A DNA stretch of 64,000 bases from Phoronis australis. Taxonomy: Eukaryota; Animalia; Phoronida. Numbering within the stretch: the stretch's first letter is position 1; every line of letters begins with the position of its first letter. The stretch covers positions 248,001-312,000 of the forward strand of contig NMRA01000354.1 in NCBI GenBank assembly GCA_002633005.1, written 5' to 3'. Shown here in pieces: positions 13,361 to 47,910 of this stretch. The position numbers and the translations under genes are program-made. The notes under the pieces are model-generated. The model searched no databases. It was not told where the DNA came from and worked only from the letters and a program-made list of their open reading frames with translations.

Positions 13361-14485
13361 TTGAAGCTGGGCATAACTAGGTCAAATGTGTGCAGGCTGA
13401 GTGTTTTGTCTAGGCTTGAGTCATGTTGTCTGTGGATCGTGAAGTTACCGAACTGGACATTTGAATGAAGCGCATCTGCCAGTATTCGTGTGTGTAACTA
13501 ATTACCAAGCACATGTCAGTGTGTCGTCATGTCATTCACTCTTTGCCCGGTGTTTTTCAAGTCATTTCAAATAACCAGCTACCTACGTGTAGTGACGGCA
13601 GTTTAATGATCATGCAAATAATTGATTTGCAATAATTATATTTCTTTTAAAGTTTCATTGCATTTTACTTGCTCTAGCATGTATCATTGGAGTCCAGCTA
13701 AGGATGTGATGAATACGCCGGTTTTATTGTGCAGAATTGTCAACTGTGGGAAAAGGTTCTAAATTGCTGTTTGTAGATACAGCTTGGCCATCTTTGGTAT
13801 GGTAATAATAAAAACTGAGCAATCGTGACCTGTTTGATGTATTTTGTGATATTTTGTATTTGTTCTCAAGGAACAAAGCATGTCTGTCCGATATAATGTT
13901 CTCAGATCATTTTAACATTGATTTTTGCAAGTTAATTTTATCTAGTTATACTGATGTATTGCTTTATCATTTCTTATGAATTCATTGTTTTATGAAGTGC
14001 CTATATTTAGTTATTTTTGTTCGGATTTCTTTTCACTGAAGTGTAGTTGCAGATTTATTTTCTTAGCTCTGTTAGGTGTGTGTAATTCTTTCGGATGTAA
14101 ATAACGCTTCACTTACGTAATCGTCCATCTGATGCTCCAGGTACATAATTATATTGTTCATGATCAAGGCATTCATTAGATATTCTGTGGTTGCTTATAG
14201 ATACCCTTCTTTTTGGACTCTGTCTCATAAAGGATTCAAAATCTGTTTGTGCAGCACTTAGTGGTGGATGAAACGTGCAAGGACAATACTGTATATTGGT
14301 CAGTTTGAAAATGGTTTTTCCAAAAACTAGCATTGGTTGTGATTGAAAAATGTGCGATTAAATCTCACCTTACCTGTGTTGTTGCTACAAAATTGTCTGC
14401 AGTTTACATGGGTTGCATGTTTTGTTATTGAGAATGTACGAATGTCGTTCGAGAATTGATGCAGTTCCCAACATGGATGTCTCTA

Positions 14486-14841
14486 GGGGAGTGTTCACAC
14501 ATTATGCGACGCAAAATTTGCCACCTTTTAACCCATCACCACTGTCAAACCCATTCCCCTAGTTTTAGTAGTGATGGAGTGAGTCTGTCGTTTGTCTGTG
14601 TACATGTGTACAAAGCAAGTCTAGTGAAACATCAAATCTTAGAAGTGTGATATGGCAGATCTTGTTTTTTTAAATAATTCCCTAGAATGTAAACCAATTT
14701 CCCAATTTGTACTGTGATGATGTTTTAATGAACAACATGATGACGTCACCATGAGTGTACCCCCCCCTTCCGTCTCAAAAAGTCATCTTTCCAACGAAAC
14801 CCACTCCCCTTGAGTGATGACGTAATATGTGAACACTCCTC
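14486..14841. mobile_element. MITE with ~19-bp TIRs (Harbinger-like), downstream of the CTDSPL2 stop codon
   Basis: GGGGAGTGTTCACACATTA at 14486 versus TAATATGTGAACACTCCTC ending 14841, two mismatches. No clear TSD. Confidence 0.6.
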
Positions 14842-16122
14842 GAGCACAATTCTCAGCGAATCAAATTGTATTCTAGTGTTGTGACGGGGTTTGCATGTTT
14901 TGATATAAGAAGTAGTTCTGTGAAAGTGGTATCATGTGATTACTAGACTGTTTGTTGGACTGAGCTGTTTTGTACAAGTTTAAAAAGACAGTGACTGGTT
15001 TTTATTGAGATGTTATATGGACTCTGGGCTGGACCTTAATCATGAATCGATTACTGTTATATGATGATGTATGGACATAGTGTATATAAACCAATACAGT
15101 TCTGTTAAGAAATGCTGTCCATCTCTTTCTGCAATCTTGAGTTGATATGTCAGTTGAATTTGGGTTTTATTATTGCATAACATCATTATGACCACGTGAA
15201 AGTTATAATTTGCTAATCAAATTAATAAGAAACTTCATCAATGACTAGCTCGACAACACATAATGAATTAATGTACGAAGTATGGAATAGCTGGACTTCT
15301 CCCTCGGAAAAACATCCAAACATGGTTCAAATTCATGCCATCTTTTCGTTTCTACTTTGCTAATTTGCGTATCAAACAGTTTAATCTACACACTGTTTTC
15401 ATTTTTTGTCATGTCGCTATCATTTTTACAACAAAATAACGCAAAATGACTACCACTATGCAACTAGTTCAACCATTTTCTGAGAAAAACGGGAAAAATC
15501 TGGCTGAATAAAGATGTGCGACCGTTGAAAAACGTGCCTCAAAACCATGCAAGAATGTATGTAGAGAACACTCGTAGCAGCCCCTCACATTCTTAACTTC
15601 TGCAACTTGCAAATAAGACTTCAACCAAAATGTATTAAAACCTAACTTCAACCGAATTTTGTTATTTCACTAGATGTATTTGGCTAACCAGGTACTCCTA
15701 GCAAAGCCTTGGCAAAATAAGAAAACGAGAGTTTAATCACGCAACTGTTAACCGGTCAAATGATAGGTGAAGCTGCCTTTTTGCACCTTATTGTGTCACC
15801 GCGAGATCCCTGCACAAACAACAAAAGGTCGATAACAGTTGTATTGAATAGGAGTCTGAATAGAACACCAATGTGTGCGGGTGTTATTCTCAGCTGTTTG
15901 AATTAAAAGGTGACGTAGACAAAAGCAAACCAATACGTCTAACAGTTCGTTTCATTTGACAAGTTATGCAACCAGTCTGCTCTTAATATATTGTAAGATC
16001 TTTACAAGTGTTACCGTTCAAGATAGGCTTTAAGCATTTATAACTAACGACAGCTAATTCCATCGTTACTAACACCCAGAACACGACCCTAACAATTAAC
16101 ACATCCCTGATAGCTTGGTAAA

Positions 16123-37476
<21,354 letters not shown>

Positions 37477-37765
37477 GCTTGAAGGAAAGATCGCTTCTCT
37501 CGATGTTAAATCTTGATTTTTGTCAGCGCATGTTTTCTGTTCTGATAGTTTTCCGATTGACCGCTAGATGACTTCCTGTTTGTGAGCGCCTCACGTTGAT
37601 CAATAAAAGGACTAAAGCAGAGACCGTAGAATGGAGTGTGTTGTCTCAACATTTTTGGATTTCAATTGCTATTGTACGGGCGCTTAACAGCCTGCAGGGA
37701 TCGCATTATTCCATTAATGACAATACTTATCAGATAATTTCACCGTTCTTTTGCACAGTGTACTG
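37477..37765. promoter_or_regulatory. Putative bidirectional promoter for NVL and SLC4A1AP, including a probable non-coding first exon of SLC4A1AP
   Basis: The NVL ATG at 37476 (-) and a strong donor CTG|GTAAGT after 37765 (+) are under 300 bp apart. The surroundings are CpG-richer, with an ETS-type ACTTCCTG at about 37571. Confidence 0.6.
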
Positions 37766-38405
37766 GTAAGTTATTGAAGGTGAAATCCAATGATATAGTT
37801 TATTATAGTAAAGCAACGGAATCACGTTCAACTTGTGGTCGGATGTAGCGGTCCCTGATTTTGAGAACCAGGCAATTGAACAACGGGCGCGTTATTCAGT
37901 GGATGATATAGGTCTTCTCAGACACTTGTCACTCCACTAGAAAACACTCACCTTGATCTATGAAATGCTATCCTGAGGCCAGTTCAATGCAGTGAGCGTC
38001 CTGCCTAAAGTGAGAGTGAGTGCCCCCCCTAGGCTAAAGAGAGAGTGAGTGCTCCCTCAAGAGAGAGCGAGCGAGCACCCGCCTTAAGTGAGGTCTTTCA
38101 ACGTAAACCACATAGAATCGTCGCCACTGTTCTAACTACTTTGAAATTCTGCTGGATTGATTGCTGATTAAACCAAGAAAAATTATGAACACTACCCATA
38201 TGCCTGTCATGTGGCAATTTGAGTGAATACATACCACAATTCTACTATTTTAACCTACTGTGTTGTGAGTCTGCAATAAATATTTCCATTCATTCGTTCT
38301 TTCAATTATATAATTTTTAGATGCCGGGTATGTTTTGTGTGCCATAATGCAACTTGTGACTATTTGCTCATTCTTACGTGCATGTGATTTCTGTTTAGGT
38401 CAAAC

Positions 38406-41400
38406 ATGGATGATGAAAAGGAAGCTGCATTGGAAACCTGTGAGAAAGAGGCTGTTGAAAATATGATTGATGATCCACGTATGGATACGACATCCACGCC
38501 TCCTCCTGCAGTGACTTTTAAAAAACCTATGATATTTGGTCCTCGACCTGGTTTGAAGAAGGTGCAAAAGAAAAACATCTTAGAAGATGAAGAAAAACTC
38601 AAAAACAACTCTGAAAAGCAAACTCTAGAAAAGCACCAGACTGAAAAGTCAAAAACTGAAAAAAAACCTGAACAGCATTCTTCAAAACCAGCAAAGCCAG
38701 TGTCTAGTTCTGGTACGACCATTCCTTACAAAGAGCCATCATGGAGCGGTGTTCCACATAAGCCGTATAACTTGGAGGTTTTGAAGGGTGGTGTAATAGC
38801 TGATACCGTGGACTTGACTACAAAGGCTTTCCATGTGTTTGGACGTTTACCAAGCTGTGACATTACATTGGAACATCCGAGTCTGTCTCGCTATCATGCC
38901 GTGCTACAGTATTGTGCTGTCGAGAATGAGAAACATGAAGTGGGCTGGTATATCTATGATCTGGACAGTACACATGGAACATGGGCCAATAAGGCCAAGC
39001 TTAATCCGAACACGTATTACAGACTCAGAGTTGGACATGTGGTCAAGTTTGGAGGCAGCTCAAGGTTGTACATATTACAGGTAATTTCGTATGGTGGCGA
39101 TGTAATGTTAGTATCGATTCAGAATATCTTGTTGTGCCTAGTATTTTATTGGTACTGAAATAGGGTTTAACATTATATGAATTGGTAGATGATTCCAGAA
39201 TCTGTGAACTATACTAAGTTAGGTTTTAGATGTTCCCAGTATACATTCTCAGAAAGCATAGGTCAGAATAACAGGACATTCCAGAAAAACAATGCATCAT
39301 CGCACAGCTTGATCAACACTAGAATATTGCATCAATCATAATAAGTCATACCAAGAATAATATGATCCACACTAGACTTACATCATCGATCACAATAAGA
39401 CATTCCAACTTGAAGAAAACAATACATTGTCACTCAATATGATCCACACTAGAATATTAATGTTGATCATAACAAGTCATTCAAGCACTGGTGGATTTGG
39501 GACCCGCCGTCTTAAAAGCTTTGAATCATTGTTTCTGGGCAGAAAGTGCATTCTTCCCAGAATTGCTGAAATTTAACATTCATATTGCCTTATAAGTAAA
39601 TGACTTCCCTTGGCTTTACTCTCTACCTTTCTACTTGTTCGAACCATGAAATATTAGAATTAAGTCAAATTGAAGCCATTGACTTTGGTAAACGTTAATT
39701 TACAGGGACCAGAAGACGACCAGGAGAGTGAGTCAGAATTCTCCGTCACGGAACTGAAACAGCAACAAGAGAAGCAAAAGAAGGAGCTGGAAGTCCTGCG
39801 ACACGCGGAGGAGATGAAGTCAGCTAAACCTGTTGAGGAGGATACTGGGTGTTCCTGGGGCATGGGTGAGGCTATGGTGCATAGGAAGCCTTGTTATTTA
39901 ACAACATTTTGTGTGCAATAGGGTCTGGCTGAAGGGAACAGTCAAGTTGTGTTGAACGACCCTGGTTCATGATGTTCGCTTGCTTCTAACATTCCAAGTC
40001 CCAAGTTTACTGTATGCGAGTTAATTTGTTTCAGCAAACCTCTGCAACAGTAAACATTTTAGACAAATCCAAGGAGGCTTAGTAGTAACTCGATGCAAAT
40101 ATATTGATTTCAAAGCATATGTATTAGGCAGTATTTCATCATGTCCATGTCAGTCAGTGGGAAGAAGTAAAACAATGTTCAACAAAATGTACTTCCAAAC
40201 ATTTGCTTGAATGTACTATGTACCTGCCTTTTGTCTAAAATGATTACTCAATTTGCTCTGATTTGGGGTGATTTCTGGTCTTGCGGAGAATTGACAGTTC
40301 ATTATTGCTTGGAAGTCACGCTCGCCACTTTGAAGGATCTGCCTGGTCAAACCAACTTATTGAACGTGGTCTCGAGCAATAACAGACTTTGAGGTCTTCC
40401 TGAACCCAGAAATTACCTCTTATTAGGTGCAAGGTGAAAACAAATTGTGATAATAGGCATGTAGAAAGCAGCTTTTACGAAAACATAATAGACGCATGCG
40501 GAATGTAGATATGCTGAGTTTGTGTTTGGCTTGTTATCAGTAACGAACTTAGAGTGACCACCATTAACACTCTCTGTACTTTATGTATATTTGCACCACA
40601 TCTATGGCAAAATCAAATTCTACTCATCAAGGTAAAAACAAACCTACGAAGTTAATTCGGAATACACAACAGCTATCTCAATGGTTCTTCGTCAATCATT
40701 ATTCCTAACTCTCCTGACTACCTGGTTACAGGTGATGACGCAGTTGATGATGATGAGCCAGGTGACAATCCCTTTGCTGAGTTACCTGCGGAAAATGAAG
40801 AGCTTTACCTCGATGACCCCAAGAAGGCACTCCGGGGATACTTCGAGAGAGAGGGTAACTGCGCTGTCTTCTCTGAATTTGTAAACTTTGTATGGAATTC
40901 AAACATGTACATGTTTTTTACAATTGTGGCACTGTGTCCACAATACTACCGTGACCTCCATCACTTCCAGTTTTTGTGTGCCCACGTATTTATATGTGGG
41001 TGCATATTATCGTCATCTCTGGCAGACGTGTTCCTGTGAAGCCGATGATGGATGACGACGAATTTTGGACCGATCTGAATATGGCTGTGTCTCCTAGTGG
41101 CAATTTTATTTTTTTACGGTTTCCTCTGTATCTTTAGAATTCTTGGATGGACTGTCATGAAATTTGGCAAATAGGTTTCTATTAAGGAGACGACAACATC
41201 TTTGCATTTTCAGATGGCTTTTCCAATTCTGCGCCACCTTGTGGCCATTTAAATTTTCGAGTCAGGTTTTTGGCGTTCGCCTTTCTATCTGCCAAACCAA
41301 TTGAAGAATCATCATGAAAATAAGCAGTTGTGTTCCTAATGAGGAGACCGCGGCTGACATTGATTTTCGGACGGGTTTCACTACTCTGATGCCCCCTAGT

Positions 41401-44400
41401 GGGGATTTTGCTGTATCTCCTTAACCCTTTGCAAGAACTTTGTGATGTTTGTCAAATGTGTTTCTATATAGCTGACAACAGATGATGATGAGTTTCAGAC
41501 TAATCAGACGATTAGTGTGCCCCCTAGTAGCAATTTTTTAAAATTTTCCTCTGTATCTTTGGAGTTCCATGATGGATTTTCATGAAATTCGACAGATAGG
41601 TTTTTAATAAGGAGGCAATGATGGCATTCCATTTTCAGACAGATTTGACGGATTTACACCTGTTCACCTTGTGGCCATTTTTGTTATTTTCTGCCATCTG
41701 CTTTTCTATCTGCCATACCGCACAAGGATCATGAAAATTCACTAATGTGTTCCTGGTGAAAAGGCCACGACTCTCATTGACTTTTGTACAGGTCTGATTA
41801 CTGTGTCGCCCCCTTAGTGGCATTTGTGTTTCTTTGTGTCTGTGGCCGAATCTCCTTAACCCTTTGAAGGAGATGTGTGAACTTCGAAAGATGTGTTCCT
41901 ATATGGCTAACGGCAAACGGTAACATGTATCGAACTGATCCAAATACCGCGTTGCCCCCTAGTGGTAAAATGTTTTTTACCCTTTCCTCTGTATCTTCAG
42001 AGTTCATTAATGTATTTTCATGAAATTTGGCAAATGGGTTTCTATTAAGGAGACGACAATGCCTTTCCATTTTCAGACAGATTTTATGTTTTCTGCTCCA
42101 CCTGCTGGCCATTCCATTGTTTGTATATTTTTGATGTCTGTCTCTCTATCTGCCAAACCACTCAAAGGCTAATTACAAAAATTGATCCCAGCTGACGATG
42201 TACGGATGTTTTAGACTATTTTGGTGCCCCCTACGGGCAATTTTGCTTCTTTGCATATACAGCTGAATCTCCTTAACCCTTTGAAGGAACCTAGTGAAAT
42301 TTGGCAGATGGGCTCCTATAGAGGTGGCAACAAATGACAATGAGTGTCAGACCAATCGAACTGTAGCTGTGCTACTTAGTGTCAATTGTTTTTCTACATT
42401 TGCTTCTGTATCTTAGGAGTTCCGTGGCTTATTTTCATGAAATTTGGCAAATAGTTGTGTATTAGAAATGGCACCACGTTCTCAATAGATATTGATCTTG
42501 TGAGTTGCCCATGGTGATATTGATATTATGTATTCACCTATGGCAGATTAGATCAAACATTTACTTCCTTACAAGTTCTGGCAATGGTGGGAAGCTGTGT
42601 TTTCAGAAATTCTTAAATCCTCGGAAAAGAAACCTTAAGTCTTGGGAGAGTTAACAAGCTATATGTACACTTGTTTACTAGGTGTTACACTTGTGTGTTC
42701 TAGGGCTTGAGTTACCGGAGTATGAAGTTCAGGAGAATGGATTTGGAAAGTACAAATGTACTGTTGAGTAAGTAGTCGTCATCCGTGGAATGCATGAAGA
42801 AAAAGCTGTTCTAATGTGCCGTGTCAAACAAAAAAATTTTTAACACCAAAGTTATAAAGACTATGTCTGTGATGAAATACTGAAACTTCAATTAAGCTTT
42901 ACATTTGTGTAAAAGAAAATTATGAAAGATATATTTGTTATCTCATTCCAACTTCATTACTTTAACTAAAGCTAACTGCTCAATAAATAAATTGGACGAC
43001 AGTGCACGTTGTACGTTACCTTGTACTTCAAGGTTACCCATAGATGATAAGATGGGTCGCCCCATCATGGCCGAGGCTATCGTATCGGGCAAGAAAAAGG
43101 AGGCTGTGGCACAGTGCGCTCTGGAGGCGTGTAGAATATTAGACCGGCACGGCGTGTTGAGGCAGGCAAAACACGGTGAGATGAAGTGGTATTTTGGGTG
43201 CCAAAAATACCAACTGAATAGTTCAAAATATTCTTGTCTCTTGCTTTTTGTTTAATCAATCCATAAAACAAATTTTCAGGCCATTCAGTCCATTACAAAC
43301 CACATCCTTCTGCAAAGCGTGACAAAAAGTTTAAGTTTTAAATTTCTGGTGGTGCACCCTTGAAATGGCTACCAGGGTTGAATAACACTGAATTTCATTT
43401 TTATGAATTGTGAAAAATTGTTTGTAAAAAAATACTATTACACTCAAGAATGTAATTTGTTACTTGTAGTGGTATGTTATCAAGTGTTCAAAACCTATGT
43501 GTGGTTTTAAATTTTACAAGTTCTATCTTAAATAAGTCATCATATTTTCTGTAAGCTACGTTTGCTGCGTGCACTTGTGTTATTATATTGGAAGGTTACT
43601 AAAACTTTGTCAGCTGCTCAGCTGTAACAAAGATCCACATCTTTGTATTAAACGAGTTCTTTGAGAAAATTTAGATTTTGTGTATTTCATGGAGCTGCAA
43701 TATTTCACAGTTAGGTTCATTTTATGAGGGAGAATTTCAGTCATCTCTCGCGCTGCTTATAGCATAAGCTGTGGGCAATAACACAAAAAATGGAAACCAA
43801 TAACTGTAAGGCACTGGTCGGATATAGCTGTCCCTAATTTAGAGAACCAGTTTTGTCCACAAAATAAGAATCCCATTACTCAGCGATTGCCTGGTTCTCT
43901 AAATTAGGGGCCACTATGTTTGACCAGTAGCTAACTATAAATAGAAATGTCCTATTTATCATGCCTTGGCTTGTTCTTTGTATCGTGTTCCAGAAAGTCG
44001 GAAACGGAAAAAGAAGAATTGGGAAGAAGAGGATTTCTACGACAGCGACGATGACTCGTTTCTTGACAGGACAGGAAACATTGAGAAGAAACGGAAGGAG
44101 AGAATGAAGCGTGCCGGCAAACTAGAGGAGAAAGTACAGACATATGAGTCATTGGTAAAGAGTGGCATCACAGAGTTCCTCATGATTCTGGGCAATAGTC
44201 GGATGCAACGTGCCCACATTTTGAGAACTAGTTTGATGCCCAATATTCGGTGGAGAAAACTGGTTCTCAAAATATGCAAAATACGGGCACGTTATATCTG
44301 ACAATTACCTGATTCTCAAGCATTTCTCAGTATGGGAATCAAACACAGAAATCTGCAAGAGAGAATCTTGGTCGGAACTAGACCACTGAATGTGCTGTTG

Positions 44401-47400
44401 AGACACGTTGTCAGGAATAGCAATTTGTTCACATATCAAATGATCCTGAAGTTGAACTTGATGATATAAGGGGTCATTTTGGCACCAGATATTAAACGTC
44501 GACAAATTTATTGTTATTTAGAGTCATTACTACGACTTTGTTTTAAGAAGGTTGATCGGATTCATATGAAACTTTCAGATACTTTTCCTTGCGCACTATT
44601 CTCCAAAACGCTGTTAGGAACCGGTTTTAATTTTTGCACGAGGGGCTCTCAAATAATGGGCTTTCGTGCTTCTCATGCAAAGAATTAAAAGTTGCGTAAA
44701 ACGAAAACAAAATTATGTTTTAGAAAACTAACAGCAGATCGAGAACATGTGGCCATGTTGCTGATTCACTATTTTGGTATCAATGTGCCTTTCTCTTTTC
44801 TAAATGTAACTATAAAAGCATGGTCACATGACCCAATCAATGGCAGAGTGGTAAAAAGTAAAAAATCAAATTCTACTGGCTTTCTACTTTCAGAAAATTT
44901 ATAGTTGTACTAAGTTAAAATCTGCAGTTTTGTAGATAATTGGCAAAATACACAGATTTCTCAATAAGGCCCTACATAACCTTAATCATAATAATAATAA
45001 ACTAATTATTCTGAAGCATATACGTGCCCAGACAAGTGCGTATGATTTCTTTTGAAGTTCATTTAGTAACTCAAAATGAAACAAATTAGTGGGACTCTTG
45101 TAAAGCGTCTATTAATGTATCTTGTCAAACAAGTTACAATTCGGGGTTAGTTGGGCTGTCATTCAAATGTTGGGGTTTTTGCGGGATATTTCGTGTTGCA
45201 TCTGGTTTTCACTATTTTCTTTGTTTTAGGTGACAAGAATGAACGAAATTGTACAGGAAATTGAAGAACTTGAAAAACAGTTGGAAAAAGCTAAAGCTGG
45301 TAAGGCATTCTTGTTAATAAGAAATGAAAGACATTGGTTGAAAAAAATCCTGAAGTTGTCAAGTTTGATAGTTTTGCAGATTTCATGATATTAATACTGC
45401 ACTTTGAATTAGTCAAAAACAATTCATGCAAGTGATACTGGAATCAACGTTTGATCTGTCGTGAAATCTCACCTTGTTCGTTTCCTCCAGCTGCCTGTCA
45501 GTCGGATGATATTGACGACATCGATGCTTACGTGAACTCCATTAAGTCTGGCGAGGCCATGGACAGTAAGACACGTATGAAGCTGAAGCGCCAGATCTTT
45601 GAGCTGCGACAGGAACAACAGAAGGTGCAGAAACTGATTAACATCGCAAGACCAGCTGACCTCCCACCGGCAAAATCGTGAGTTGTGCTCATATGTTAAG
45701 TAGTAAGCGCACACTAGACATCATACTCATTTGGCCTGTTATTGTTTTTTCCTGGTGTCAGATAGTCTTACTGCAACTCACACATACACTTTTGTTAACC
45801 ATGTTTTGTAAATATATCAAAGCGTCTGTTGTGTTATATTTATTTGTCCTCTGTCATCCATTAATTTTAATGCATTGATGGCTATGCGCTTATCTTTTTC
45901 ATACTTTTCGTGCAAATTGTTTTATTACTCTCGTGACTCGGCTTCAATTCCTCCACCCCCCTCCTCTTAATGTGTTGTGTCTAGTCGTGAAGGACTCTGT
46001 TTTTGAACTTTAACTGTTGTTTTAGGCTCCCCACACCCAAGGAGGTGGGATCACAGAAGCCAAAGCAAGTTCCGATGTTTGGAAAGAAATTACTAACTCC
46101 AGTCATTAAGCCTTCTGTGAGTGTAGTCAAACTGTCATAGCACAACTGGGATCAAGACTGTGCCGATTTTTAATAATCTTAAAATATTTCAATTTCTTGA
46201 ATGAAAATTGAGTGTGAACACTGAACAGCAGTTGTTTGTGGAAATGTTTTGGTTTGTCTTCAGTAAAATGTTTGCTTCCATTTCTGAGTAGTTTATTTTC
46301 TAAAACCCAGCTTCTTATTTCTGAATGATTGTATTTAAGACTGAATGAGTGACCTTGAAGACCACTGAATTCACTTGGCAGCTTTTATATTCATACAGAC
46401 CTAAATATTGCGTAGAACTTTCCATGTTGTCTGTAGGAAGGACTAACAGCAGCCACTTTGTTTACAGAAGTCAGTTGCACCAGTCGTTACAGCACCAACA
46501 GAGGGCAGTGTGGTTGAGGAGGAAGACGATGAAGATGAGAAAACCACTACATCGTGTGACAACGGTGACATGCCAAAAGAAGGGATGAACAAGGGTCCAA
46601 AGAATGTATTGAAACCGGACTCTGGAGAAACGGGTGGAACACAGACGGTTGATCTGGGGAGACTGGAACGCGGAGGTAGGATTGAGTTGGTTATTCAATC
46701 GTAGCAATGTACCGTACATGGTTTACTTTGCTTAGAAAAAACAAGTCATGAAACAAAGTACATCGTTATATTTTAAAATGTCTTCTGAAATATCTATTGA
46801 TAAATTGGAGGGCTTGTTTCAAAATTCTGGAGTGTGCTTGATGCGTGAATTTTACAGAAAATGTTTTCCTCTAAATTTTACTTTTAACTTTTCTGTCCAT
46901 AATTGGCAGTTAGTCATAGTCAATATGTGTTGTACAGATGGATTAAGAACCGCCAAACTCTGCAGTTCAAAATATTCTACATATAATCTTGTGATGTTGG
47001 GTTGCAGATGAAAAGTCAGAAATTAAAAAACATGATATCTCAGAGAAGGTCTTGTCTGCGACAGTGAAAAGGAAAATGCCTGATAAACCTAGCGTGACCA
47101 CGAAAGTTCCAAAAGAACCCAAACTTGGCAAGCAGTACTGTGACTCTGATCCAGACTATGACCTTTGGGTTCCTCCAACAGGTACGTGTGCTTGGATTCT
47201 GTGATCTTCGGTTGAGGTCTGTGGCACATTAAATTTTGATGGAAGGAAAAGTTTGCTCATCGTTACTAACCATTTGTTTAACTTTAGTTGTAAAACTAAT
47301 GTAAGTGCCAACAGTTTCCAATGAAACTGAAGTAGGAATTGACATGCTTTTATGAAGCAGTTATAGGTTATAGAGTTAGAAGTACCTATAATATGACCCA

Positions 47401-47910
47401 AAACTAACCTCCAAGAATCTTAAAGAGCCAAATAGCTGAGAATAGCTCTCAAAAATATGGCGGGCGCCTACTCTTGGAGTATCACTTTTAATCATAGTTT
47501 TACTTGCATGTAGGCGCATGTGCCTAATTTCCAATATAGGTACAACTTCAAATATTCGTATGCATGATAGGCAAACAGTACAGAATGTATGTGTACAGGT
47601 AATTAGTCCTTTATGCTTTTCCAAGTTCCGAAAGTACTTTTAGAAAGATAGACTTATATATGAAAAATGCTAGGCAAAAACTTTTCGAAATTTTTGTAAA
47701 AAGTGCAGGAGTTCGGTTATACCCCTTGGATGTATTAGGAGCGCTGAATAACCAAAACTAGTGCTCAAGCTCTCGCTTTCAAGTCACGGGTTAAATGCGA
47801 GTTTCAAAGTTTACTAAGTACCAAACAGTAGATCAATTTATTGAAATGTTTCATTTTCAGACCAAGCTGGTGACGGTACAACATCACTGAATGCTAAGTT
47901 TGGATACTGA
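38406..47910 (+). CDS. SLC4A1AP: Kanadaptin (SLC4A1 adaptor protein; FHA domain plus dsRBD-like region); 12 coding exons, about 701 aa
   Basis: Exons: 38406-39080 (FHA: PYKEPSWSG, FGRLPSCDITLEHPSLSRYHAVLQ, DLDSTHGT, KFGGSSRLYILQ), 39706-39865 (GCSWGM), 40732-40854 (DDPKKALRGYFEREG), 42704-42767, 43033-43175 (KKKEAVAQCALEACRILD), 43994-44154 (DFYDSDDDSFLDRTG), 45230-45299, 45491-45677, 46026-46116, 46468-46675, 47008-47181 (DPDYDLWVPP), 47861-47910 (QAGDGTTSLNAKFGY, stop). Total 2106 nt, phases consistent. Confidence 0.93.
39275..39485. repeat. Degenerate tandem repeat in a kanadaptin intron
   Basis: Recurring GACATTCCA..GAAAACAAT.CAT and TGATC.ACACTAGA..ATT....GATCA.AA.AAG.CAT blocks. Confidence 0.55.
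40971..42480 (-). mobile_element. Long copy of the HINE-like element in reverse orientation, about 10 core units with ~430-bp higher-order period
   Basis: Starts TTTTTGTGTGCCCACGTATTTATATGTGGG, the reverse of the family's 3' hairpin end. GCCCCCTAGTGG-like cores at about 41091, 41231, 41391, 41517, 41662, 41807, 41953, 42096, 42225 and 42371. The block CTCTGTATCTT...CATGAAATT.G.CA.AT recurs every ~430 bp. Confidence 0.75.
43813..43928. mobile_element. Miniature inverted-repeat element (~116 bp)
   Basis: ACTGGTCGGATATAGCTGTCCCTAATTTAGAGAACCAG versus CTGGTTCTCTAAATTAGGGGCCACTATGTTTGACCAGT: ~38-bp arms with a 19-bp perfect core. Confidence 0.7.

Noticed and set aside
44467-44985. Possible TTAA-type DNA transposon in a kanadaptin intron
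   Set aside because: TE-like composition, but I could not establish matching TIRs or a TSD by eye.
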